From NCBI GenBank assembly GCA_030141605.1, contig JAQGDQ010000114.1, positions 544,009 through 608,008 on the forward strand: a stretch of DNA of 64,000 nucleotides, in the 5' to 3' direction. The translations under genes were made by a program, and so were the position numbers. This DNA comes from Tubiluchus corallicola (lineage: Eukaryota; Animalia; Priapulida). The notes beneath the pieces are model-generated. The model saw only the letters and a list, made by a program, of their open reading frames with translations. It searched no databases and was not told where the DNA came from. This document shows positions 1 through 22,115 of this stretch, in pieces (position 1 is the first letter of the stretch; every line of letters begins with the position of its first letter).

Positions 1-959
1 CCATGTATAAATAATTTTCTTGAAGCTGATTGGCAGCTTTTTCACTTTAAGTGCACTTGTCAAATGTCTTATTTAGAAACAATAAGCGGTATGCCAATCT
101 ATCATTACTTGACTGGTCCAAATCTGACATAACGGTTCTAGGAGTCTAAAACCCCTTTCAGACTTGCGATAATTCTCCACGTATACCAGTATGTCGATGT
201 ATCTGACAGTAAATCAAATGTTCTACTAATCCCTACTTATTTCTACTAATTAGATAACGACTGGAAACTATTTCTAGGCAGTTTCATCTGCTGTACTGCC
301 CCTGGCTCATTAATTAGTTAGCTAGAGAATGTGTGTGAATCCACACATAGTCAAGACATATTTGCTGATTCAGTGTCTCATTTTAGAAGAGCGTGTTTGA
401 TACTAAGAGAGATTCTGTTCCTGCCACAGTTATCTACATAAAGTAGACACCAGTTTAAGATAGTCGAGTCACGGCCAGAACGTACCAAACTGTCAAAAAT
501 CATTTGTATTACAAAATTCTCTGCATAATAGCTTATTAAACCACACCATTAGCAGGCCAAAGTTGTAATTTTAATGAATGGGCGGAGTAACTAGGAATTT
601 CAGTACTGATTTAGATCAATGCCAGTAACATGCCACACGTAAGGTTCAATGTCTGAACAGATCTGTACTCAAAATAAAAATTCTGGATGTGAACTTTGCT
701 AGCATGGTTTCATAAGCCTAAATTACGTATATTTGCTTAATTCAAGCAGAGGAGCCCCTCTAAATTTGTAAATTATCTTTTTAATAGCAATATTGCCTAG
801 ATATACTGCAAACTATCTTTTAGTGAGTTTACAGTTCAGCTTTTACCAAATTGACAATAGCATAAGTAATTAAACCAGGTGTCCTCTGGCAGCTGTACAA
901 AATTAAAGTTACCTACATTCTTGCACATGAGTTTGCATTTTGAGATAGAATTCAGACGA

Positions 960-3900
960 TTATGAAACGTTTGTCACAATCAAATCAAGCTTAGTTGCAA
1001 AAGTTTCAAAAGAAAAACTACCGAGTACTCGTTCTTTGCCTTTTTTTCCCATCACCTTGGCTAAATTAGGGTTTCTCACAAAAGTTTCCATTGCTGAAGA
1101 AAATGCTTCGGGCTTTTGCTCAACGAGAAAGCCTGTTTGACCATCGATGATTGTTTCAAGTGGACCACCAGAGTTGACAGCAATTACTGGACATTCACAA
1201 TACATTGCTTCTACTGGTACTATGCCAAAGTGCTCGCCAACTGGCGTGTACAATAAACAGGTGCAGCTTTGCAGTAAACTAACTTTTTTAACATCACTTA
1301 TAGATCGAAGGAACGTTATGTGGTCGCCAAGTTGATGTTTTGCAGCCATCACACACAGCTCTTCATAATGTTCTTTATTTTCGGTGACTCTTTCATCATA
1401 TCCGCCAGCCACAAGAAGGTGAACATTCCTCCACTCATTTTGAGTAAGTGCATTTTTTAGTTTTCCTGTCAAATCCAAGAGAAAGTGAATAAGTTTCTGA
1501 ATATGCCAGTTTTTTATTTATTTTTTCTCAAACTGTACAAATTAACAAATTTTTGTTTTGGTTCAGGAAGATTTGAAAAACAATCCAAATTCCAAAATAG
1601 TTGTGTTAATTTGTTAATGCTTATTGATAAGAAAAATGTAATGCTAAATTCTTTTTGCCCAAGCTACTTGCTTATTTGGAGCAACATAATAAATGCTTAC
1701 CCAATGCTTTTATAGCAATTCCAACATTTTTCTTTCTCTCATATCTATTAATTGATAGGAAAATGTACTCCCTCTTTGTTGACAGAATTACTTCATCTTT
1801 GTTCTGTGATTTAGCATCGAAATTTGATGTAATTATTGATGGATACAGCACTAATGGCTCAACATGTGATAGCGTGGTAAATGTTTCTTTGAAGACACCA
1901 GCTTAAAAATAAAAAGAACATCATAGGCCTACATACTTATATTTTGTAACAATACATAATTATGTTTGGTAACAATTAATAAAAATTACACATACTCAAG
2001 ATCAGTAAATGCTACCACAAATATAGATTTAAGCTACTTGATAGTTCAAATGGTGTGAAAAAATATGTAGCGTACAATAATTTTGAAAAACGCAGGGGCA
2101 CCAGCAAATAGATGGGATGCAATAGACAGCACTTAATAAAACCAGTTGCATTTTAGAACCATTTAGCCAAGGTCCAGAATTACCCCCTTAGACTATATTG
2201 TTAGAAAATGCAGTTGTTAAAACCAGTGCGCGAAAAAGCAACAGCAAAAACAAAAAATAAAATGTATTTTTGGCAGCTTGCCTACATTTCAAGAGGCACA
2301 GTTGAAATTTAAATCCTGTTTCATAGATTCATCTCTTTTTAGTTCAATTCACACCGAAAGTTAAAGGCAATTGTTTCGTCATAATCACTCTGCATGTACA
2401 GCTGCTAAATTCACCTTAGTCTGTCAAATAAACTTGAATCACTGATGTACACTTGAATGTGAGTGAGCTGGCTGCCCCATATTTAATTGTCTGTGTAAGC
2501 CTATAAGCAAAGTTTTTGTATGTATTGCGTTAAATTATGTCAGACAAATGGAAACGTACGAAGTAATTAGATGCACGGGCAAAATTAGAGTTCTAAGATA
2601 AATTTAAAAGGCTGCAACCCTTTAGCCATTGGGAAGTGGCTGAGACCTAGGTTGCTTTGGTTACATGTAGGTAAAATTGACAGACAGTTAATAAGTATGT
2701 TTTTGCAGAACTGGTGTTACATTATTTTGAGGCAAATAAATCTGTAAAAAAACAGAATGTTTTCAGTTAGAAACAGATAAGTCATAAGTCATTTATTTCA
2801 CATTACACATTTACAATAGTTTCATGTACAATATGTAGTGAAAGGGCCTACAATGAACGTAATACAAATGAGTTTTTATTGTTTCTGCACAAGAAAAGCC
2901 TCACACACTGTTCACCTATATACAAATGTAAATGTGTTGCGGGCAATCAAAAAGCAGGGCTTGTTAGATCCACACTGCGAAAGAAAAAAAGTAATGAAAA
3001 CAATCTGAAAATTTGAAGTGAATCGTATGATAAAGAAAATATTTAGTGCTTCAGAATGGAATGATGTAATGAATGAAGCTCATATATGAGATGATATAAA
3101 AGATAGAAAGACTGTTATTTGTTAATAGTATGCAAATTAAGATAACTTGATTAAGATACCACCACTGTTTTGCCACCACTGTGAGGATAGATACTAATAG
3201 CAGTTTTGATTACTCACTGGTACTTACTAAAAATTTGATTTTTTAGCATTTTTTAAAATCTAGTAATAGATCTGCTATTTTTTGCGGATTGACAAATCTC
3301 ATTCCAGACTTTTGGTCCTTGAAATATTATGAAATGTTTAGCTATGTTGGTTCTACAGAAAGGCACAATGTATTGATTATATCTTGTATTATGTCTCTTA
3401 GATGCCAATTTGACAGGAATTGCAAAAAACTTAGGAAATAGTCTATTATTGCATTTATACATAAACACTGCAATATTCAATTTAATTAAATCATGTAATT
3501 GCATCTAGATTTCTGCAAAGGTTAAAAAATCCTAAACATGTTCCTCTGATTCTTTTGGCATAGAAAAACTTAAAACAAAGATAAACAAACAAACATAATA
3601 GACAGACTAGAAAAAGACCCACAGAATATTTTGTTCCTTAAATAAAATTATAATTAGTAATGTATGAACATTCCTAGGTTACCAGATTGGAATTTATACA
3701 TGCCTTAACACCCAGACCAATATATTATATAAAAAAGCAGAGACATAAGTTAAAAACATTAAGCAAGAATTTTAATGGGTTGTGAGGAAAACAAAAGTAA
3801 AATCATTTGAAAATTATTTAAAACAAGCTCAAAAAAGAAATTCTGTGAAAGTGAAGTGATTTGAAAATATTTATATAATACATGCAAAAGAGAAATATTA

Positions 3901-6686
3901 TTATTATTTAATCGTTACATTTCGCTTGTTTTCATCAAGAGAATGTGAGAAGAGAAACTATAATTACTCATAAAGTTACTACTAAGAACTGTATGAAGGT
4001 AGTAAAAATCTATTTTTATCGCGAAAACTAACTAAATACGGGACATTTGGGTGTCCCTGAAAGGTTAGTACGGGACAGGGGACAAAATGATCAAATATGA
4101 GATATATTCCATATATAAAGACGTCTGGTAACCCTACACATTCTACATAATGTTTGTTTACATTTTTAGTCATTAAATTTTGGTAATGGTAATAGGCTGA
4201 CAATTATACATATTTATATACTAAGGCATCTTATAAGACTACATACATGTATAACAGTATGAGCTAAATTTATAGACAGCATTACACAGTTTTCCAAGTG
4301 AGAATTTCTTGAAATAGAATGTAGACTAACTCACAGTTGTTTGACCTAGCGGCAATAACAAAAAGGAATTACTCTAGTCAAGTAGCCAAGTTCTCCTCTT
4401 TCCAAAGAGTATAACACTCCCTCTAATATCTCCATGAAGTGATTAACGAATGTTTGTGGTGTTCAGTCAAGTTCAGAAAAAACAGACAAAACGCCTATTT
4501 TTTGGCAGTTTTTACCACTCCCTTTCTCCAAGAATCTGAATCAAAATGCATGTTTCTTGCTCCTTACCCACCTGACAGCTTCATGGAAAAAAGTAAAGTA
4601 GTGTTTGCGCAATAGGCTGATACTGCTATGACAGACAAAAAACAAACAAATAAACATGTCAAATCATAACTTCCTTAGCAGTGGTAAAAATATGTAAATT
4701 ATCCCCCACCGTAACCAAACCTAAAGCTCCTATTTTACAAGTGTGCCATTGTTTTTCCTATTTTTTCCATTTATGCCCTTTTTCCTGTGCCAGTTTTGCA
4801 TGTGCCATTTTTACCATGCATCAGTGTGTGTAAGCATAATACCATATTAATTATGGTGAAACACTTACATAATCTACTTTGCTAATACACGCGCCTGCAA
4901 TACGCTGTCGCATAAGAAAACTGCCGTTTACCAAGACTACTTATTGCTGGTCCTGTGGTAGTTTTATTAAGGAGCAACTACTGTATACAGTAAACTTTGT
5001 TATAATGCCAGGTCTGGGACACCACAAAATATGGCGTTGTAGCAGGATTGGTGGTAACGTGAGATTCATCAAACATTAAACCCATTCTACTGTGCAACCT
5101 CGATTTTGTTTCCTAGTCAATTTTAATATGTGATATGTCAATACAAGTGTTTTACTGCATTAACAGTGTAGTTCTACAGCAGTACCTTGCAAAACTTTCA
5201 CCTAATACAGCGTGGAGAAGTAAAATTGTGAAATACTGGTTATAAGAGAAATATGCACCAATGCAGCCCATGCTCCCAACGTAACATTACTGGACAATTA
5301 AAACTATGAATAGCTGCTGCACATAATTTGACCTTGAGTCGAAGCAGTACAGCTTTAACAGCCTTCAAGTTTAAATCAGTAATATCAATTCAGTGACGAG
5401 CCTTAGCTACGCAACTTTTGTAAGTAAAAAAATGGATGCTCCTTGCTCAAAACCTCAACATTCACTTTCATACAATCACTTGGTACGAAACCTAAATTAT
5501 GTGTGAAGTCTTAATTTAAACACCTTTTTATGTTCAAAGATCATTGTTTTTATAATACAAAAGATGGCTGCTTTTCAGCAGGAATTCATTGTACTTTACC
5601 TTGCTGGCATTATAACGGGGTAGATTTATTATGTAAAATGGACTTTTGCCACAGCAGGTATGTTGGCGAATGGCACTAGGCGAAGTTGGCAGTGTTCGCT
5701 ATATTTGATACATATGAAAATCCGAACAAGCCAAAAGTTGACATTATATCGAGGCTGACATAATTAGGGGCGGTATAATGAGGTTTGACTGCATTATAGA
5801 ACAACATTTATTTACCACGATATTGTTGAACAGTACATACAATCAAACTTCATTAAAACGCCTTCCTTTATAATGCCAACCTCAATTAATTCTCAAATTT
5901 CTTTAACAAAATGAAATATCTAAATTGCATAGACATGTATGTCTTAATGCACCTTGTTATAATGCGAGACTTGCTATAAAGCCAACTTTAATGCAGACCA
6001 ATAGTAGGCGGTGTAAAGAGGTTTATATGTGTCAAATATAAGAAACAACTGATTTGTCAGATAATTATCTCTAGGATAAATTATTATTAGGTAATACTAA
6101 TAGTTTTGGCAAACTAAACTAAATATTTGCAGCTGCAAAATGACTTACAAGTCCAAAAAATTATTATAGTGACTTGAAGCAACTCACCAGTGAATTTACT
6201 GTTTACTAACACACGATCAGCTAGTCCAGTAGAAACTTCCTCTAGCCAATCGAATGGCATTCTGTAAAGCTTCTTTATGTAACTTTGCCTTTTTGTCAAC
6301 AACTGGTCAGGAAAGTGACAGTAGAATATAACTTTCGCATTTGTTAATAATTTTAGCAGTGGAATGCACACAGATATTTGATCAGCAAAGATGACATCGA
6401 ATTCACAAGGTTTACACAGCACCAGATATAATGTTGCATATATCATACGCAGGTAAGCAAACAGTGCATGCAGAATTCCAAATAAACTTCGTGGCAACCA
6501 GTCTCCAGCTGTGGTAACAGTAAGGCAGCCATTAATGGTTTCTTTAAAACAGTGCGAGGAGTCGTGATGAGCCGTAACACAGTGAACTCCATGGCCTTTT
6601 GACTTTAGAGCCACTGCAGCGTCCACAACCAATCGTTCTGCACCACCTATTCCTAAGTCAGGATGAAGGAATGCGATGTTTACCAT
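960..6686 (-). CDS. ALG2: Alpha-1,3/1,6-mannosyltransferase ALG2 (GT4 family), 3 coding exons: 6686-6188, 1901-1701, 1465-960; 401 aa
   Basis: Motifs [65 protein letters not shown] junctions (ACTG|gtgagt, ttttaag|CT, TTGG|gtaagc, gacag|GA). Exon lengths 499+201+506=1206 nt, in frame. Confidence 0.95.
2776..3505 (-). mobile_element. CR1/L2-type LINE 3' fragment in ALG2 intron 1
   Basis: ORF 3253-3504 resembles the CR1 ORF2 C-terminus ([20 protein letters not shown]). It is followed by a 3' UTR ending in AATAAA plus a short (TGACTTA) repeat tail. Confidence 0.65.
3675..4136. mobile_element. hAT-like MITE
   Basis: Terminal inverted repeats TAGGTTACCAGA ... TCTGGTAACCCTA around non-coding AT-rich DNA. 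Confidence 0.5.
4988..5791. mobile_element. Tc1/mariner-pogo-type MITE
   Basis: Imperfect TIRs CAGTAAACTTTGTTATAATG ... TATAATGAGGTTTGACTG, with TA at the left flank. Confidence 0.45.
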
Positions 6687-7369
6687 GTCCTATTATAATA
6701 ACACGGTATTTTCACTTTCAAAGTTTTTGTCGCGGCGATTATATGCAAGCAGGGGGCACTACATTTGTAATACCCTAATACTAGACAAATGGTAATAATC
6801 ACTGTTATTAATTTTAATATTTTGGAGTCATTAAGTGTACAACATACAGGAAGTTATGAACCTTAACACGGGCGCAGACATGCTTATGCAAAACGCCAGT
6901 CGCGCCCGCGAAATATCATCATCGAAAGTGAACTGGCAAATTGGACAAACCACAGATACGTGTCATTCAAAGTAACACGAAATTCAGTGAATATAAATTA
7001 ACCCTGCTGTGTCAAGGGACAACCTTTAGTGCATAAACTATGCATGTAGAATTCAAGTGTGCTGTAAAACTACAATTGTAATACCAGCTACTGCATAATT
7101 ATTGTCGCAGTCATTAAAATTTAACTTTCATTAGTAACATTGTTGTTTGGTATTTGTGAAAATAACCTGTAATGTAAAGGGGCCTGTTTCGCTATGTACT
7201 GTTTTCGTTTATATAAAATTTTATGTTTTCAGCCCTGATCACACTCTGATTGGCTCTGAAATTGACAGCATGCATCCAATTGGTAAACCTTTTTTGGTTA
7301 CTTTTCCAAAGTAATATTACTATTATACATTCTGTATATATAATTACATATATATATGTATATATATAG

Positions 7370-7372
<3 letters not shown>

Positions 7373-7465
<93 letters not shown>

Positions 7466-7480
7466 AGTGCGTGTGTGTGT
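7373..7480. repeat. (GT)n microsatellite
   Basis: About 50 GT units, directly visible. Confidence 0.98.
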
Positions 7481-7619
7481 CAATAAAATTCTACTATTAT
7501 TTATGAAACATTTAATAAGTTTTTGCATCTCCTGGGAAAGAAATGCAAAAAATGATACCACCAGCTATCTAATTTGAATCGTATCTCGGAGACAAAAATG
7601 TATATTCATTTTTTATATA

Positions 7620-8900
7620 TGTAATAACTGAACAAGAAATTAGGAAATTAACTGGGAGCTTAAATGAAAATAAATCACCGGTGTATCAATATGCTAATAC
7701 AAAGATTCTGTTAACATCTTAACACCTGTTCTAACATTGTTTTTAATAAACCTATTTCAGATGGCACCTTCCCTGATATATTAAAAATAACTAAAGTTAC
7801 TCCTGTATATAAAAATGGTCTCACATTTAATCCTAATTATCAATCTTTCACCCTCTTATCACCTATTTCCAAAATATTTGAAAAACTCCTATATTCACGG
7901 CTTGATAAATTTCTTAATAAGCACAAATAAGCACAATATATTAAACACAAATCAATTTGGATTTACGAATAGTTATTCTAGGTCTTTAGCAATCAAATTG
8001 TGTAATAGTATAAGATACGGCCTAGATCAAAAACCACATATTTGTGGCATATTTTTAGACCTTTCTAAGAATTCTGTACCGCATTGTACAGTATATTGAT
8101 TCATAAATTGGAACATTATGGTATTAGAGGTAATGCACTGAAGTTTTTTAAGTCCTATTTAGATTCTCGAAGCCATTACACCACAGTTGCAGATGTGGAA
8201 TCTAAACTCTCTAAGATTACGTGTAGTGTCCCACAATGATCTATTCTCGGACCTCTCCTTGTTATCTGCATCAATGACTAGCTTCAAATTTTAATGCCAG
8301 AATATTTGCTGATGACATCAATTTATATAAGGCCATAAAAACATTAAAACTGTAGGACAAATGTAGTCAAGCATACGGATACAAAAATTGACAAATGGAT
8401 GAAGGCCAATTTATTATCTGTTAATTATAATAAAACCAAGTTTATGATTATTACCTTGCGAAATACAAATATAAAAAATTTTAAATTAAATAATATATCC
8501 TGTATATTGACCACACAGATCAAATTAGATATTTAGGAATATTCAAACCTTGTAATAGTGATAACAATTCATAGCGATAACAAACTTTCCTGGAAGGCGC
8601 ACCCCTACCTCCTATAATTATGCCACTCTTAAACTTAATAAAATCATCAGAATTATAATCTAAAATTCGCCATTACGTTGACATCGACACACGTGAACTT
8701 GTTTATTATGCACTTGTATACCTCAGATTATGTGCATCATTATAATATACGAAAGTGCAAAAAAGGTGCGCTGTTTGTACGACAATTTGCTGCTACTACA
8801 GGTCAGCGCTCATTGAAATTCCTAGGCTTAACACTGGAATTCTTTAGCTTTATCTTTTACTTCCAGCTCTCTGAATAATTTACAAAGAATATATAAAAAA
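7620..8900 (+). mobile_element. Degraded CR1-type LINE reverse transcriptase fragment
   Basis: Frameshifted RT motifs: GTFPDILKITKVTPVYK, SKIFEKLLYSRL, NQFGF, GIFLDLSK, KLEHYGIRG, VPQ*SILGPLL, IFADD. Confidence 0.8.
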
Positions 8901-9051
8901 CAGCTATTTGATACGTACAATTTGTAGTTAATAAAAGAAGAAAAAGTCTATAACCAAAAATTATTGCAATTCGATTTTTAATTTCAGTTCTCACAAAACT
9001 ATGTCTTAATAAAACTTATATTGTACAATATTTTTTCGCTGTCACTCTCGC

Positions 9052-9340
<289 letters not shown>

Positions 9341-9809
9341 GTCCCGATCGATGTATAATGCCAGATTTTGTGGAATCTTACTAGGACACGACATTGTATA
9401 CTTATCGATAACACACACTTCCAAACGCATATCTCATACCTTTTTAATACAGCAATATGTCAGAGGCAAATTGTTTACATAAAATACTAAATTAAACCTT
9501 TTCTGAACTATTGGAACTAGTTTTAAGACCTGTCACTCTTAACCTAGTTTAAATACACTCCCGATAACTTAAAACTATGTTTGAATTACCGGGGGTGTAA
9601 TGAATGGGGGTATATTTAAACCGGTACACCGGCAAGTTGTTATTGCAACATGAGAGGTAATAGTTCTGGTAGTGGTATTAGCAGCGAGTGGTGGTGGCGG
9701 CGGCAGCAGCAGCAGTAGTAGCAGCCGATCTGACTAAACAAAGTTATGGTAATAATCACCAAAACATGCACCAGATATAGCCCTACAACTTATAAAACAA
9801 GTACTTTCA

Positions 9810-10201
9810 AAGAACCTGCATCTTTAACTCATTAAGCCTGAAAAAGGGTGATTTGCAACTAGAACATCAAAAACAAACCGCTAAGCAAGTTTAGCGTCTA
9901 GAAATTCTTTGGGTAATGAAATTAATTGCAGTGGTGAGCGGGTAACAGATTCAAATCAAAAGCGCTACGCTAGCTGTTTACAAACAGAACGCTACTTAAC
10001 ATGATTAGGACGTTTGGGCACATACAAATGTCTTATTTTAAGTACGTGAAGGAAAAATATTGAGTCAATTATGTGGAGTTAGTTGAGTCAATTACCGATA
10101 GTTTTTACGTAATTTGAATCGAAGCGGCCCGTTCCAGCCGTTTTTGACTTAATTAAGCGATTGAGTCTATTAACCGTGAGTCTATTAAGCGGCAATTACT
10201 G
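9810..10201 (-). mobile_element. Tigger/pogo-like MITE family, copy 1 (partial)
   Basis: Reverse complement of the element at 35230 and 41023 (TTAATAGACTCACGGTTAATAGACTCAATCGCTTAAT; CTTAAAATAAGACATTTGTATGTGCCCAA). Confidence 0.8.
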
Positions 10202-10309
10202 CATCACTGATCTTCTGCAAGCAAACCCTGTACCGCGAGAAGCACAACTCGCAAATTGCCTTTTGTCACGCACAGCTGATGTTATATTGTGAAAATGACA
10301 AAGCGGCTT

Positions 10310-10590
10310 GGGAAATACCTGTAGTCATCGATGACTCAGCTTCTTCTCGTATTTGCGTTCTGTCCTGATTAGTTTAAAGTTTACCTGTGCTGTGACGTCA
10401 TTATTACCGGCCCCTCCTACAAACGACTTACATCCGCTACGGAAAATGCGAAAATGATTATTTTTCGCCTCCAGCGCTGAAGATCTGCTTAGAAGGACAC
10501 TACGCCTGGGACTGGAAGAAAGAAGCAATCGCGCGTTGAAATATTTGTTCTCTACGTTGACTGAAAGTTAAAAACAGGTTATATAGGATA
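10310..10590 (+). promoter_or_regulatory. Putative MMP promoter: AP-1 (TGACTCA 10332-10338), CRE (TGACGTCA 10393-10400), kB-like GGGAAATACC (10310-10319), TATA-like (about 10580)
   Basis: Motif matches clustered 150-420 bp upstream of the ATG at 10731. AP-1 control is typical of MMP genes. No expression data. Confidence 0.4.
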
Positions 10591-10730
10591 AAATTAACAT
10601 CAAGGTGGAAGAGCGAGCCTGGTAGGACGTGAAACAAAGCTACGTCAGTTACGAAAGTATAATTAAGATATTTAGCGATAATTAATAATTGAGATTTTGG
10701 ACAACGTTGGCGCTAACTGAGCAGCAGATT

Positions 10731-18939
<8,209 letters not shown>

Positions 18940-19523
18940 AAACTGTAAAGTTTAATAATCAAAATAACTAGTTTTATACCTTAATGTAAGTGTTTTGTTA
19001 ATATTCTGTGGGATAAATGCAATAATGAATTAATGATATTAATTTATGCAGTTTGCTTAATATAAATAGGTTTTAGAAAGGATTCAAACATGCATTAGAA
19101 AGCATATACAGTATAAAAGCAAAAGCTGTGACCCATAAAAGTAATTTAAACTTGAATTATAATCTTTATCATGACAATATATATAGAATTTGTAAAACAA
19201 ACTGAATATAATTTTGTGCACTCCTCAGAAATTTCAAATACGCAATTTAAAACTTCTCTGTCTGCATGATTACACAAACTTAAATTGATGTTATTTTTTA
19301 AGATTGACTGATTAAGTTACGTAGTTGTTACAGTTTCTGTCACTGAAATGCCATTACGCATTGATCATAATTATGTTGTAGTTATTATACGAGCTAATGG
19401 AATCTCATGTGTTGATTATAATTCGTTGTTGCACTGTAAATAAGTGACTTGTAAATAATTATTAAAGTTTTTAAGTATTTGAATTTTATATTTTTGTGTT
19501 TAACCTAAGTTTAGTTTACGGTA

Positions 19524-19910
19524 TAGGGGTGAGCATTCTCTATCAGAAAGTGAATACGAACCGAATCGAATTTTTGACTTTTGAACACAATTAAAACCGA
19601 ATTTAAAGATTTTAAATCTGAATTGAATTCAAATTCGGTTTAAAGATTTTCCAGTAAATTATCGAATCATCAATAAAAGACATTCTTTAAGACCATGTAC
19701 ATTGCCTTTTGAGTTAATCCTGGAATAAATTGTGCACAGAAATCGCAGCTAAATTGTGCTGATTGCATGCTATGACAAATGCTTTAATGATATAGAGTAT
19801 AACTGTGCAGTAGAATGGTGAGTTATTTGAAGCCATAATTTTAGGTTTGAGTCAAATTCGAATTAAAAAACTCATTCTAATCGAATTCGAACATTCAATG
19901 CTCACTCTTA
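19524..19910. mobile_element. hAT-like MITE with GAATCGAAT subterminal repeats (second partial copy at about 20265-20466)
   Basis: TIRs TAGGGGTGAGCATT ... AATGCTCACTCTTA. The 3' half is repeated at 20265-20466. Confidence 0.6.
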
Positions 19911-20479
19911 TTTATCACATAAACATTGGAATTCAATAACAGTGCCATCAGTTACTTTTGCCTTCTTGAGTTGAGAACATCCAAAACTGGACTGGAAAAT
20001 CTGCACAATTAAGCGAGTCAGTAAATGAAAGACTGACTAACTGATGCATGCTCATTGATCAACTCCATCTTTTCATGATTTTCTGGTTCAGTTGATCAAG
20101 CTTTTTTTTCAGTTTACTTATTGAAAAGACAATTTAAGAAAAGAATGTTCGACAAAAAGTTTGATTAAATGCAAAGAAACTAATTATGTTAAAAACAGCC
20201 TCACAAAGATCATGTGTATTACTTAGTTTTGTTCTCCAGGAAAAATACCAATGGTTTGTTTAAAAATTGTGCACAGAAGCCGCAGCAAAACTGTTCTGAT
20301 TGTATTATGTAGTTTTAAATTCAATGTTATTATGATAAAGAACAAACGAAATTGCTAAATTATTCGAATCCATAATTTTATGTTCGAATCATATTCAAAC
20401 TGGAAAAACTTAGTTGAATCGAATTTGAGCATTCAATCTGGATTCGAATGTTCGGTGCTCACTCTATCTCTTGTTCAAA

Positions 20480-20940
20480 ACCAAAGGGTAGATTTTTCTC
20501 AGCATTGGTTGAACCTGTGTTTTTGTATAATGCTGAGCTGTAGATAATAAAAGTTAAACAGCGAAAGAAAATTGACACTTTTCAAAGACGTCCCAATAGG
20601 AACTTGTTAGATATTAAATGGCCTGCAGAATATCTGCATGATGTGGTGAAGAAAAACCCTTAGAGTAAACAAATACAAGTAACAAGACTGAATTGGATTG
20701 CTCATGCACTAAGACTATTTCAAGGGTCTCCTCTTCATATAACATGATGCAAAACTTTTGCAATGACAAAAAAGACGAGAGGGTGCATGTCAACTACTGA
20801 TGTATATAGATATACTGCAAAAAAATTTAGCAAATCAAATTTAGATTTGAGGGACTGTAGACGGTGGTGGTAGACAGGAACGTGTGGCATCAACAGAATG
20901 GACGTCTTTAGAACTTAGAAGCGCCTAGATGACGATGACG
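20480..20940 (+). mobile_element. RTE-type LINE 3' fragment (degraded)
   Basis: Translates to FSALVEPVFLYNAEL*..KKIDTFQRR..LLDIKWP and RLNWIAHALRL; ends in a (GATGAC) tail. Confidence 0.6.
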
Positions 20941-21018
20941 GTCACCCTTACTGGTTGAAGTCTGAGCTTGTAATGTTTTCTTCTCTATAGTTATTATAGT
21001 TGATTATAATATAATTAG

Positions 21019-21137
<119 letters not shown>

Positions 21138-21927
21138 GTACACCTATCCAGATCGGACATTTGCCGATATCGGACAGTCATAGTCTCATAGATGTGTGAA
21201 ACGCATGCGCACAGTCACTCCAGTCCATGGCATTTCGAGGATGGTGTTGACAAATCTCAAAATTAAAAACATCAACACTGTTCTCATGGTTTTATAAATA
21301 TAAATGTTTTCGTCCTTGAAGGGTGGCGAGTTTAACACAAAGTCTGTTCGTTTTTGTTTGGGTAACACTGGTAAACAGTCTAAATTTTATAATTTGCTAT
21401 TATTTTAATGAATAGTTAGTGGTATTATTTGCCTGTTTTGTTACGCTAATGTTTCTTGCCTGGTATGATCTGAAAACGCGCGACCTTTCAAGTGTGCTGA
21501 GGTCGTTGTATCTTTATTGTTAATTTAATTTAGATGGCCCTCATGAGCGCTGTTAATTTTAAGGTTGTGGATATTCCGATGATCGGAACCACGTTTCTGA
21601 ACGATATTGTTCCGATGATTTAAACCACTTTTCCGAAGGACATAATGTTCTGATGATCTGTACCACGTTTCCGAAGATGAATTACCTATAATCACGTCTG
21701 GAGTTAGATTGCCGTTCTAACATCAATCAACCAGCGCAGATCCACCTTGCAATGACCAATGACGTGCTTTTATTTAGTGTCTACTGTTAGGACCTGGGAT
21801 TGTTGAAGGCTTTACTCACATGCGTAGCCATATTTGCACTTTAAGCTTATACGAAATTGATTATTTTTGCTGTTTTCTTGCCATAAAAAGGCTTGTGCAG
21901 CTAAAATTCACTAACAGTAGTTAAGAA

Positions 21928-22115
21928 TGGTGAAGCGTTGTGCTTGCGCATGTGTAATGTGGATGTTCGCTGTCCAGAAAAACTAGGAGGAGTTCGACTT
22001 ATAAGTTTCCCCAATCCAAAAAAAGACTTAGACAAGTGTCACCATTGGGTCAGAGCATGCGGGAGGCCACATGAACAGCTCAACCCATTATTAATTGGTG
22101 CTGTCTGCTCAAAGA
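21928..22115 (+). pseudogene. Frameshifted THAP zinc-finger coding remnant (DNA-transposon derived)
   Basis: MVKRCA/(frameshift)CNVDVRCPEKL..FPNP..KCHHWVRACGRP..AVCSK matches the THAP C2CH pattern; truncated before HF. Confidence 0.7.

Noticed and set aside
7298-7561. ORF with (HT)n repeat
   Set aside because: Translation of the (GT)n microsatellite.
21574-21680. CRISPR-like spaced palindromic repeats
   Set aside because: Eukaryotic context, only three degenerate units, spacers similar to each other, no cas genes.
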